64,000 nt of DNA, from positions 12,028,001 to 12,092,000 of the forward strand of contig OX597830.1 of NCBI GenBank assembly GCA_951406725.2, read 5' to 3'. Shown here piece after piece: positions 53,040-64,000 of the stretch. The position numbers and the translations under genes were made by a program. The notes under the pieces are model-generated. The model made no database searches. It was not told the origin of the DNA and saw nothing but the letters and a program-made list of their open reading frames with translations. The DNA is from Octopus vulgaris (taxonomy: Eukaryota). The first letter of the stretch is position 1. Each line of letters begins with the position of its first letter.

Positions 53040-53297
53040 AATTATTGTATATAGTGCTCAGGTGCACCACAACTTGTCAAAAAGTGCGTATAAAGCATAT
53101 GCAGTAATGTACAAATGTCTGGAGAGCGAACAGTGTATGAGTCAGATACATGCTTGCGTGTGTATGGAGGGGAGAAAATCAGGTGTAGTGGTGGTGAATC
53201 TCTCAGGAAGCATGGAAGTTTTGAAGGATGCACTGCTCCGACAACTAACAACTGATGCCGGCAGTTTGTTCCATGCTTCGGCAACTCTTAGCGTGAA
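53040..53297 (-). mobile_element. CR1/L2-type LINE 3' end
   Basis: - strand FTLRVAEAWNKLPASVVSCRSSASFK (FxxRVxxxWNxLP); the same 3' UTR occurs at ~14220-14305. Confidence 0.75.
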
Positions 53298-53951
53298 CAA
53301 CATCCAGTAGACTGGTTGATATCAAGATACAGCGATACAGTGATATATGTTCGCGCACATATGTATATATAAACACACACATGCACGCATGTGCACACAC
53401 GAATGCACAAGCATACACACATGCATATATAAATTAACTAAATTGTCAATATGTAGTTTTATTAACTTTTAAACTGCATCATCATCGTCATCATCATCAT
53501 GATCATTTAACATCCAAATTCCATACTGGTATGGGTTGCACAATTTGACCAGAGATGGTAAGGCCAGGGGTTGCACCAGACTCCATTGTTGGTTCTGGCA
53601 TGGTTTTTACAGCTGAATGCCCTTCCTAAAGGCTGCAGTCGAATGACTGAAACATGCAAAAGAATATATGAATATATATATATCTCCCACCCATGCCAGC
53701 ATGGAAGGCAGACATTAAATGATGATGATGATATATATATATATATATGGTATGGAACCCACAAGTGTAAACAAGAGAGACAGAGACAGGCAGAAATAAG
53801 AAAAATGCCACTTGTATTTGAACACTATACAAATATTCCTTTAAAAAAACTTTTCTTTTAATTGTTACAGTTGAAAAAGTCTCAATGACTGAAACCGGTA
53901 CTGAAATGTTCTTTATAAAATTATTTTAGCATATTCTATCCTGACTTGTTT

Positions 53952-54008
<57 letters not shown>

Positions 54009-54165
54009 TACATATATATATATATGAATATATAAATGTATATAATGGAATGAAGACGTATTGAATAAAGTTTTTGAATCATTTTATTTATTTATTTTTA
54101 TATTTTTGCAGTTTAAAAAGCTGAAGCCACAGTGCCAAAAAACAACTGGATAGTGCTTAATTGTC

Positions 54166-54264
54166 ATGGCAACAGAGAGAAAGATGGTGCAACAAAACGA
54201 TAACAGTCCATGTCCAATCCAGACAGCTGCAATACTTACTGTGAGAATGGTGATGCAAGGAAAA
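54166..54264 (+). CDS. PCBP3: Poly(rC)-binding protein (PCBP2/3, mub-like KH protein), first coding exon (exon 54112-54264)
   Basis: Polypyrimidine tract and acceptor ttttgcAG at 54110-54111; in-frame upstream TAG at 54151; gtcATGG start at 54166; MATERKMVQQNDNSPCPIQTAAILTVRMVMQGK; phase-0 donor AAA|GTAAGT at 54265. LTVRMVMQGK matches PCBP KH1 start LTIRLLMHGK. Paralog symbol is nominal for an invertebrate gene. Confidence 0.88.
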
Positions 54265-54344
54265 GTAAGTTCTATTGTTTGCATTCAGTTGCATTTTGTG
54301 TGTGTGTGTGCATGTGTGTGTGTGTATATATGTATGTATGTATA

Positions 54345-54380
<36 letters not shown>

Positions 54381-54424
54381 TGTATGTATGTATGTATGTA
54401 TGTATGTATGTATATGTATGTATG

Positions 54425-54463
<39 letters not shown>

Positions 54464-54705
54464 CAGGGTCGATAAATTAAGTACCAGTTACGCACTGGGG
54501 TCGATGTAATCGACTTAATCTGTTTGTCTGTCCTTGTTTGTCCCCTCTGTGTTTAGCCCCTTGTGGTTAGTAAAGAAATATATATATATAATGTACTGTT
54601 CTGTGATAAAAAATTCAACAGAAATGTAGTCCATCTGGTAAGAGACAAATATGAATTATTTAAAATAAATATTATTTATTTAAAAACCACAATACATGTA
54701 TTAAA

Positions 54706-55200
54706 GCACTAGTAATAGTTTCATATGTTGAGAAGTACTCAAACATATTCTTCAGGTGCAAACCACATATCATAATGAACTAAAAAAAATTTGAATAATA
54801 GAAGAAACGAGAAAAAACTGAGAAGGTAGCATATAGAAAATGCTGAAAATAAACAACAGAAAACGAACAATGGAAAGCGAAAACTCAAAATCTAAAATGT
54901 AAAAAATCAAAAGTAAAAAGGTGAAGAAAAATCTCTCTCCCTTAGACCTTAAATGACAAGGCTGCAAAGATATCAAGTTGGTCAGGAATAGGCAGAATTT
55001 TCCAATTCTTCAAAATATATTTATACATATGCATGCAACTACTGAAAATTTCAGACCTAGAGTTCAATAGAGAGTTGGGGATCATAGATCTGAATAGGAT
55101 CTGTGTTCTTTCAGTCAAACAAAGTCTACATTTATTTGATCCATTCACATAAGGTATGGATTTGTCAGTTACTTTTCATTTCATCACATGTGGTGTTTTG
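54706..55200 (-). mobile_element. Penelope-like element 3' part: GIY-YIG C-terminus followed by a degenerate hammerhead
   Basis: NGSNKCRLCLTERTQIL...LLNSRSEIFSSCMH (CxLCxxE..LNxRxE..CxH); hammerhead gcac CUGAAGA auauguu..aacauau GAAAC uauuac UA gugc at 54706-54759. Confidence 0.7.
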
Positions 55201-55528
55201 TTTTTTTCAAAAAGTAGCTTCACTTTTGTCCCTATGTCAGAAGGAGGCCATGTGGTTGGCAAAGTGATTTTTAAATTCACCTTCACATAATCCAGTATAG
55301 ATCTTCTAATCAGTTGTGTTATTATTTAGGGTTCTTTAGTACTTAAATACATGTATTGTGACCTTTAAATAAATAATATGTATGTATGTATGTGTTTATG
55401 TATGCATGCATGTATGTATGTGTTTATGTATGCATGAGTGCATGTATGTATGTATGTATGTATGTATGTATGTATGTATGTATGTATGTATGTATGTATG
55501 TATGCATGTGTGCATGGATGGATGGATG

Positions 55529-55568
<40 letters not shown>

Positions 55569-55824
55569 CTCATATTTTATTCTGTATGGTATGTTAGATT
55601 TTCTTCCTGTGTTTTTTCTGTGTTGGAGTTCTGAAATATTTATTATTCTTTGTAAATCATTGTTAAAACCTTTCATAAATTGCACTCCAATAAAACGAAT
55701 GAGTTAAGATGTATAATTTCTGAGTTTTATCAGCAAGGTTTATCTGCCCACATTGATCATTTGATGTGAAGTTGTCATTTATCATTATTGAAGATCACAA
55801 GCAGGTAACTTTGTAGATCATCAG

Positions 55825-55960
55825 CATTTTGGCCAAGCGCATATTATGGTTGAAAGAGAAGCCTGAAGACGATGACATCAAATGGAGATTGTTAGAGAAA
55901 TCTGAGTGTTACATCAATTGTAACAGTGATATAGAATTGCATTTATCAGACAAGAATCAG
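55825..55960 (+). pseudogene. Very decayed PLE GIY-YIG fragment
   Basis: ILWLKEKPEDDDIKWRLLEKSECY resembles the IW.LK..IKW.IL.K..Y segment. Confidence 0.4.
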
Positions 55961-57048
55961 AATCTTAAGTACTGCCTCACACTTAGAATGTATCACATAC
56001 CAAACTGGGGGTGCTTACACCTTATCTTTATGAGTGAAAATACATTCTTATATACTGGTTCAATCCACCGTAAGAGAGTCAGCACCAATGCAGCTGTCTT
56101 CACAACACTTTTACAGTTTTTGATATTCGTCCATTAAATATTTCAGTCCTCCATTCTTTTATTCCTTTCTTCTTATATTCCATCTCTATCTGTCTCTTTC
56201 TCTCCCTCTCTCATTCTTTCTCTTCCTGCATTTGTAATTTTCTGCCACTATCTACTTTTTCTGTTTGGACTAGATTTCCAAACCAAGAACTTCCCATGGC
56301 ATGAGAAATAACTCTTTAATTCTTGACCATGAATTACTGCCCCTATACTATTAACTTTTAGTTGTGACACATTTTTCTTTATTAAAAATATAATTTCATT
56401 TAATTTCCTATTTTGCAACAGCCATCTTTGGCAATGTTCGACTTAAATCTATAATATGCATGTCAGACAAATGTAGGATAATCTATTCTATACGAAAGTC
56501 ATTTGTTAGTATGATCCTCGTTAAACTATGTTGTATACCCTCATTAATATTTTGTATAGTTGAGTACTTTTCTTTTTGCTAATAACCTCAACTGAATGTG
56601 TACACACACACGTGCATGTGTACACACACACACGTGCATGTGAACACACACAAACACACACACACACACACACACTTACACACACTTACACATACACACA
56701 CCTAATTGATATCTGTGACACATCTTCCAGAGATGGAGATAATTTTAGTAAATCTAAAATTTATATTGTATAGTATTTGATATACCTGCGTTTGTTTATG
56801 TTGTTCATATACTGACCACTGACCACTCAGAGTTATTTCTCTTTGTTCATTTTTGTCTAAATTATACAAACATACAGGCATAGTTATGTGTGGCTGTGTA
56901 GTGAGAAACTTGCTTCCCAACCGCATGGTCTTGGGTTCAGTTCCACTGTGTGGCATCTTGGCAAGTGCTTTTTATTATAGCCTTGGACCGACCAAAGCTT
57001 TGTGAGTAGATTTGGTAGACGGAAACTGAAAGATTATATATGATTATT

Positions 57049-57300
57049 GTGGAGGCGCAATGGCCCAGTGATTAGGGCAGCGGACTTGCAGTCGTAGGAT
57101 CGCGGTTTTGATTCCTAGACCAGGCATTGTGAGTGTTTATTGAGCAAAAACACCTAAAGCTCCACGATGGTCCGGCTGGGGGTGGTGGCGATCCCTGCTG
57201 TACTCTTTTGCCACAACTTTCTCTCACTGTTTCTTCTGTTGGCCTGCTTGCTTAGCCAGCGGGGTAGTGTCATTTGAAGGCTAAAACAATGTGAAGTGCA
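57049..57300 (+). mobile_element. SINE family C, 3' truncated (preceded by a SINE A head at 56876-57032)
   Basis: ggaggcgcaatggcccagtgattagggcagcgg...gaaggctaaaacaatg. Confidence 0.85.
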
Positions 57301-57829
57301 GAGTGGTTCTGTGCTTGCATTTACCAGGTGTTGGGGTCGATTTGAAAGCACTTCAGTGAGGCTTTGAGTGTGTGTCTGAAACCTTTTCTGCTCGACTTGT
57401 GTGCATTTGCCTTCTGCCAATTCACACTTTTTTGGGTAGTCGTGTGTCAGGGATTTGAACGAGATGGCCTGCCCACTTGACCCGTGGAGAACCTCAGCAG
57501 TGTGTAAATGCTTGGCAGATCAGCTGGAAAAGGGACCTCCATGTCTAGGACTTTGTCTTGCCAGGTGATTTTTTAACTGCTTTCTCAGACAGTTCATGTG
57601 GAAGCGGTTTATGTAATATTCAGAAGAATGGTAATTTGGTATAGTAAACTACTTTTCAGTCTATGACAGTAAGGGAAAATGAATTTTAGCCGGGTGGTTG
57701 TAATATTGATAATATTTATTTGAATGTAAACTTAACTGCATATTTATCACAAATACTACTGTATGAATTCAGTTGTAAAAGTTATATAAATTTTATCTGA
57801 ATTTCAACTTATTATTTTTTTTATTTCAG

Positions 57830-57853
57830 GAAGTAGGAAGTATAATTGGAAAG
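57830..57853 (+). CDS. PCBP3: PCBP 24-nt coding microexon (EVGSIIGK, KH1 helix leading into the GXXG loop)
   Basis: ttttttttatttcAG|GAA GTA GGA AGT ATA ATT GGA AAG|GTAAGC; joins the previous exon in phase 0 to give MQGKEVGSIIGK, matching the PCBP family MHGKEVGSIIGKKG. Confidence 0.9.
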
Positions 57854-59779
57854 GTAAGCATATTTTGTATATTTTCTTTTCTTTCTTACTTTTAAAGAAA
57901 AATTAAACTCAAACTAGTTAAGACTTTTTGTGTGTGTGTGTAAGTGTGATGATTTAATCCTGCTTTTATTTCATTATTTATACTATATTATGCATTCGTC
58001 ATTGATTTTTCCATCTTTATATCATTTAAGCAGGATACATATTTGTTATTTTTTTTCCTAGTAAAAGTCAAATTAATCCCCATAGAGACACATCTGAAAG
58101 TAGAGCTATTATTTCTATTGGAGAATAGTCATTTCTTATCAGGCACAGATTTCAAAAATGTAAATAAACTAAAAGGAAAACTAAAACAGTTGAAGTTTTT
58201 AAACTGAAATGTACATTAGATCTATTTTTACTTTATAGTAATGTTTCTTCAAAAATTAGAAACATATTTCTTAGTTATTTAAAATTGCTTATTGTTGAAA
58301 TATGCTTTTAAAAAATCTCGTTCTTTTATCATTTTTTTTTTTTTTTGAGTAACATAGCATTTGAATAGACAGAATTTTGGGGCTGCAACTTTAGATGACA
58401 TTTATATTGATAATGTTGTTATGAATCTCAACATTTTCTTTTATAAAGAAACTCAATTCTTTTAATCTATAAGAAACCAACATTAAAAGGTTTAAAATTA
58501 AATTATTAATAAGAGAATTAAAGAATAAACTAAAACTGCTTGTCTAGTCTATTGGTTCTCAAAATTTTAAAATTTGCAGTGCATTTTAAAGCAAAGAAAA
58601 ATATTTTGGCACTCTTTTGCATAGAGTAAAAAAAAAAAGAAAAATTAGTAAAAACAGATCTTTATATATCTTAGTCTACAATATAAATAATTTAAACTAC
58701 AAAAAATGTTTAAGTTCCTACTTCCTTATTCAAAACACAAAGCGTAGTTTCTTGATTTTTAGAATTTCAATTATATATGTTTGTTACTTTTAAATATAAT
58801 TCTATACTGCATTCCAGTGTGCCACAGAAAACTGTTTGGAAACCACTGGTTTACGCAAACATTGATCGAATCCATATAAAATCTAGGTCCACAGCGTTAG
58901 TCAGATAGATCCTACTTTTAATGCCCTCAGTAAGATAATAACCTGTGGTGTAATTACTTTGTTTAGTTTTCTTAGTGTGGCTAAAATTTATATATATAAC
59001 CCCAAAAAATATACCATACATTACATTAGAAATTATTCAAAAATTACTATGTAGTGCATTATTAATTTATTAAAGCTGATATAATAGGTTTTTTCAAACT
59101 CATTGCAATTTCTGTAGAATGATTACTGAGCAATCAGATAACAAAGAGCAAGCAAATATAAAAGTCTTCTAATTCACATAGCTTTACTGTTAATGATAAA
59201 GCAACAGTAGAACCCTTGCTGTAAGAGTCTCTACTCTTTAGTCTGATATTAAAATACTAACAAAATCCTGACCTGATGTTTATATTGACACTAAACCTGT
59301 ATTGTTTCTGTCTTAAAGATTTAAATGTTGTGGGTGGAAATGAAAGTTTTTTTCATGAGTTTAAATATATGCTGTTGTGTCCCTTCTGAAGAATAGTAAC
59401 TGCTTATATGCATATAAATAGATCTTCAATTGGTTTCAATAATAAGTATAGCTGATCAAAAAGGCAATCTGCTCAATGTAATGCTTATGAAGAAACAGTA
59501 TGACAAAGTACGTGACATGGTTGGCCCTTTCAAGTGTATATATAGTTCATCTGATGAGCTTCTTACATAATTCCCACTGACCCCATTTTACTCATTAGGT
59601 TTTGCTTGAACAGAAGGTATGGTAGAAAGTAACTTGCCCGGTGTGCTGAACAGTGGAGGTCTGAGTTAAAACTAGGACCTAATAACTGCAAAGTGAACAT
59701 CGACTATGGTCTCTCTCTCGCTCTCACTCTCTCTCTCTATCACACACACACACACATACACAAATATGTATACCTAGAG

Positions 59780-60916
59780 CAGCGTTTCCTAAACTTTTTG
59801 CGTCAAATTGTAATATCGCCCACCTATCAGCCAAAAACTGCTCCGTTGCCCACCTGTGTAAAAAAAGCCATGACACAACCCCTCCAGCACAAAATACCCT
59901 AAGACCTCCCTGTATCATTTGACACATATACTATATCGTAGACTTGTTGCCATTAGGACTAAATATGTGGTTGTTTACAAATCCTTAATTGGGGTTTAGT
60001 TTTGCCATTAGTGTAAATAAAATTCTAACATTAACTCTATATTATGCAGACAGATTAACTTCTGGGAACTTGCACTTTCTTTTACACTGATGCAATGATT
60101 GTAAATAGTTGTGATAAGTAGTTAAATCCTCATCAACCGATTCATCTTTCAAAGAATCAAGTCAAGGAAATTGATGGAATTGACTTTTTGAAATGTTGGT
60201 CTTATACAGCACCAATTTCAAAATGAAGAAAGTGATAAATAATTTACAATCAATGAGAGTTTTTTCTGTTTCCTTGCAATAACTTAATCAAATCATTTAA
60301 TTTTGTGAATATATCACAAAGAAAAAAGATATCACACCTTGCAGCTATCAATGAAGTGGACAGTGGAGTATCTTCAAAGAAAGATATGATTATATGAAAC
60401 AGTTCAACAAAGCATAAAACAGTTTCCTTTTGAAAGCCACTGCACTTCGGTATGGTATAAGAGTTTAGTATGGTCCCCAATATTTCTCAGAGAGAGTTGA
60501 TGGAAAATTCAATCAGACAAGGGAATGGACTTCAATTTGTTCACAGTCTTGATAACTAACAGTAGAGCATCATACAACCTACTGTTCATATTTTTTGCCA
60601 CTAAATGCTGCCGTTGTGCCAAGCAATGAACAGTTAGTATCCAGTGGGAAATTTCACGCTTTAGGAGAGATGAAAAACCTCTGTATCTGCCTATCATCGA
60701 AGGGGGTCCATCAGATGTACAGGCAAGAATATTACTGAGCTGGGTGTTATGTTCAGAAGGAAAAGACTTGAGAGTGTGAAAAATAGTTGCACCTTTTGAA
60801 TCAAGCGGCAATTTCTCTGTGAACAGCATTTCCTCACAAGGCTGAAGGTCTTTGCTGAAATACCAAAAATATACCATCATCAAACATTGATTGTCCACAA
60901 CAGTTGACTCATCCAC
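59780..60916 (-). pseudogene. hAT Buster/Charlie transposase catalytic core relic with probable terminal repeat
   Basis: MDESTVVD..EEMLF..ACTSDGPPSMIG..VHCLAQRQHLVAK (DESTD, TDGAPSM, HCxxHR motifs); frameshifted; CAGCGTTTCCTAAAC TIR-like end at 59780. Confidence 0.85.
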
Positions 60917-61034
60917 TTGTATATCGCTATAACTATGATGTAACCCTGAAAATCATTAAACGGTAACCAGTGTAATGAAATAGGAGCTTTATTTGCATAC
61001 CCCTCAATTAATTTATAAGATATATATGAATATA

Positions 61035-61079
<45 letters not shown>

Positions 61080-61123
61080 AAATGTAAACAAACATTTGTT
61101 TTTTTTATTAGAAGCATTGAAAT

Positions 61124-61383
61124 GTATATTGTATGATACAAATATAATATTTTTTTGAATGCAGAGTTGCTATTAGAACAGCAGAAATATCGGGTAAAAT
61201 ACCATACAAGGCAGAAAAATTTGTCAACAACCAGCAGTCTGTGAGCGATATGGGTTTGAGCACCATGGCTGGCTGTTGACAAATTTTTTCACCCTGTAAC
61301 AGTAATTTACCCAATATTTTTGCTGTTATAACGAAAACTCTGCATTCAAAAATATATCATCTTATTTGTATCATACAGTATAT
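61124..61383. repeat. Diverged fold-back, ~110-bp arms, ~30-nt loop
   Basis: gtatgatacaaat..ttgaatgcagagtt..aaaaatttgtcaacaaccagc vs gctggctgttgacaaattttt..aactctgcattcaa..atttgtatcatac. Confidence 0.85.
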
Positions 61384-61461
61384 GTGTGTGTGTATGTGTG
61401 TGTGCGTGTGTGTGTCTGTATATGTATACATATATATTATTTTTGAATATGTATACATATA

Positions 61462-61499
<38 letters not shown>

Positions 61500-61503
61500 A
61501 TAA

Positions 61504-61908
61504 ATCTCAGAGCGAGTTATAAACAGTGGCTGCAACACATCATGAAGTATATATGCCATTTAAGTATGGCTAACCCTTAAGGGTGGATGCTACTGTAGCT
61601 TGTAGCCCCAGGAGGACACCTCCTCCAGCTGGCTATTGACACACTTTCTGTGCCCTATCAATATTTGCAAAGGGAAGCCATCCTTCCCGTCTTCAACTTA
61701 TGATACACACGGACTCAAGTTTCTGGGTATTGATCCGTCATCAGCGTGTGACAGTTACAGTTGTCGATGAAAAGTAGGTCCCCTTTGCAAATATCTATCC
61801 TTTTTCCAGTGACGTAAAGACACTGATATCGAAAAAGGTGTAAACAAGCAATAGTAGATCTCAGAGCTAGTTATAAACAGTAGCTGCAACACATCGTGAA
61901 GTATATAT
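61504..61908 (-). mobile_element. ~354-nt hammerhead-containing unit with a ~51-nt terminal direct repeat (retrozyme or PLE pseudo-LTR)
   Basis: atctcagagc(g/t)agttataaacagt(g/a)gctgcaacacatc(a/g)tgaagtatatat at 61504 and 61858; inserted in a (TA)n tract. Confidence 0.6.
61706..61750 (-). ncRNA. Type I hammerhead ribozyme with intact core
   Basis: - strand cacacg CUGAUGA cggaucaauaccca GAAAC uuga GUC cgugug: perfect 6-bp stem I, GUC cleavage triplet, self-complementary stem III ACUUGAGU, weak stem II. Confidence 0.7.
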
Positions 61909-62633
61909 ATATGTATACTTTATTTAAAGCATATTACTCTACCACTGGTATTTGAGTACTCTTTTTTCCACCTTGTTTCACATTTATGTGTTTACTCCGG
62001 TATATATATGTATATATATATATGTATGTTTGTATGTATATATATTCATATATGGTGTGTGTGTGTGTGTGCATGTCAGGTCACTCCTTAGTACTGCAGG
62101 TAACACGTAACCCAATGCAATTTACCAATGAGTGGATGAAGTCAGTTGAGTCAGTTGCAGTCCAACAGGTGAGAGGGAGAACTCAGATGTAACACCTGTA
62201 ATTTCATTTGCATCAAATGATGTTCGCTAGTTCTTCTTTTTTTAGGCAAATGCAATACATTGCTTAGAGAGTTGTATTGGCCCTGTGCAAGGCCTTTCCT
62301 CACTTCAAAATGTTTCAGCATTTTGAAAGTCTCCATTAACATCTCTATTAAGTGTTGCATGCTATGACTAGACATAGCTGAGGAAGCAAACCACTCAAGG
62401 AAAAATTCCATGATGGAATAAAGGTGTGTGTCAGCACAGGTGCTTAGCTCACTGAACATCTGCTGTAAGAGGTGCCCATCATTTCCACATCAAAGTGTAT
62501 CGGTCTCTAGCAGGACTGAAAAGCTATATCCTTGCTGCACAGGTTTATGAGAACAATCAAGCCATGGCATTGCTCAAAATTGAGTCGCAGACACATCGTG
62601 TGTGTGTATGTGTGTAATATCTCTCTCTCTCTC

Positions 62634-62664
<31 letters not shown>

Positions 62665-62889
62665 TTGTTTCATTACTATTTACATGTGTGCATGTATATG
62701 TGTTCCACATGCATACGTGCTTGTGTGCATATGTTCCCCACTGAGACCTCAAATAGAGAATCCCAAAATGATTTGCAGCTTCTTACTGTTCCTCTGTCTG
62801 ATGATAGCATTGTGGTTGATGCCCCCAGATGAGTAGTGGACTGGTCCACTACAAATAAATAGTGGATGGACACAGCCAGTAATGTCGTT

Positions 62890-63530
62890 CGGCAAAGGTA
62901 CACCATTTGAACCTGCGATACATCAGATAGTATCTGAAGAATATGAGTCAGTTTGCTCTGTTCTAATTTGCAGAACCCAAGCATTTCTTTCTGTGTCCTA
63001 GATTTAAGAGCTGTAGGCTTCTCATCAGTTCTCTTTAGATGTTCTACTTTTCCTGAATTTTTGAAGAGTATTCACATCTACTGGGCAGCTGATCTCTATA
63101 ATGATGCATGATTTTTACTTCTTATCCCTTACAAACATATTTAGCCCATTGTGCTTACACCAGATTGCTACTTGTATTGGAATCCTCCATAGAATTCTTT
63201 ATTTCTAAAGATGTTGATACTCTCTGATTCTAGTGTGCCTTTCGTATGGCCATTAAAACAATTCTTTCTTGTGGATAGCATTGTAAACTAAAATTGCTGA
63301 TGATATCATGTTGCTTAGGGAGGTAGTATGTTGTAGATATTTTTGGGCTTCTACTGGTGTGATGAATGATATCTTCCACACTAGTTTGGCATAATTGGCA
63401 CTTTCTGTCACAGCATGCATGTTTGAAGGCATCCACATCTCTTTTGTTGATTAGGTATTTAGTAGCTATCACCTCTTCAGGCATACCAAAAAACATAACC
63501 TTTTAAATGAGATGTGTTTTACATGAGACA
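62890..63530 (-). pseudogene. RLE-type (R4/Dong/NeSL-like) non-LTR retrotransposon C-terminal fragment
   Basis: KCQLCQTSVEDIIHHTSRSP..YLPKQHDI resembles the CCHC knuckle plus RHD motif preceding the restriction-like endonuclease. Confidence 0.6.
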
Positions 63531-64000
63531 GGTCCAGGAGAGGCTACTATTCTTGTTAATGCTGCTAGAATATTTCAGCCTGTGTGCCATGTACCTACGT
63601 ATAACTTTCTGCTGAGAGGTAATACTTATTCCCACTTAAACGTAGATGTTCTGTTGGAACAAGCTATACTGCAGCAGATGTCATGAGGAAAACTCTCACA
63701 TTGGCCTTTGGTGTAAAATGCACTCTTGTTTATATCACTTAGTAGGGAAATAAATTTCTGCCACTTCCAGATCACATGATTTTGACCTTCCTTGGTCTTG
63801 TCAATGATGGAAGCTTGACTGCTAGAAATAGCAGCGGCTCATCTCTCCACCAACAATATATAGAATAACACTTGTCAGAATAGGTGCTGGCATCTCGATT
63901 AGCCATTGAGCTTGTTAAAAAATATGTATTAGTGATAGAGGTGGCATTAATACCAACAAGTAATATTTATCCCCACTTAAACATGGATGTTCTGTTGGAA

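Noticed and set aside
57854-64000. Next PCBP exon (KG....REE)
   Set aside because: Searched by eye for an acceptor followed by AAR GGN with a matching donor; none convincing, so it is probably beyond the window.

Overview
Eukaryotic, AT-rich, extremely repeat-dense genomic DNA. The SINE families and the microsatellite load suggest an octopod cephalopod (Octopus sp.); this is inferred from recognition of the repeats, not proven. Almost every ORF in the supplied track is a translated microsatellite or SINE. One real host gene is visible on the + strand: a poly(rC)-binding protein (PCBP/hnRNP-E/mub family) with a first coding exon at 54112-54264 (MATERK...ILTVRMVMQGK) and a 24-nt microexon at 57830-57853 (EVGSIIGK, start of KH1). 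The remaining exons were not found and probably lie beyond the window. The rest is intronic or intergenic: at least four tRNA-headed SINE families, decayed RTE, CR1/L2 and RLE-type LINEs, Penelope-like element (PLE) fragments, non-autonomous Helitrons, hAT/piggyBac/Tc1-type MITEs, Buster/Charlie and mariner transposase relics, minisatellites and several fold-back inverted repeats. The most interesting unannotated signal is about 8 hammerhead-ribozyme motifs read by eye, mostly on the - strand and mostly degenerate. One has an intact core inside a ~354-nt unit bounded by a ~51-nt direct repeat (61504-61908), which looks like a retrozyme/circRNA or PLE pseudo-LTR insertion. Coordinates of decayed repeats are approximate and nothing was checked against databases.
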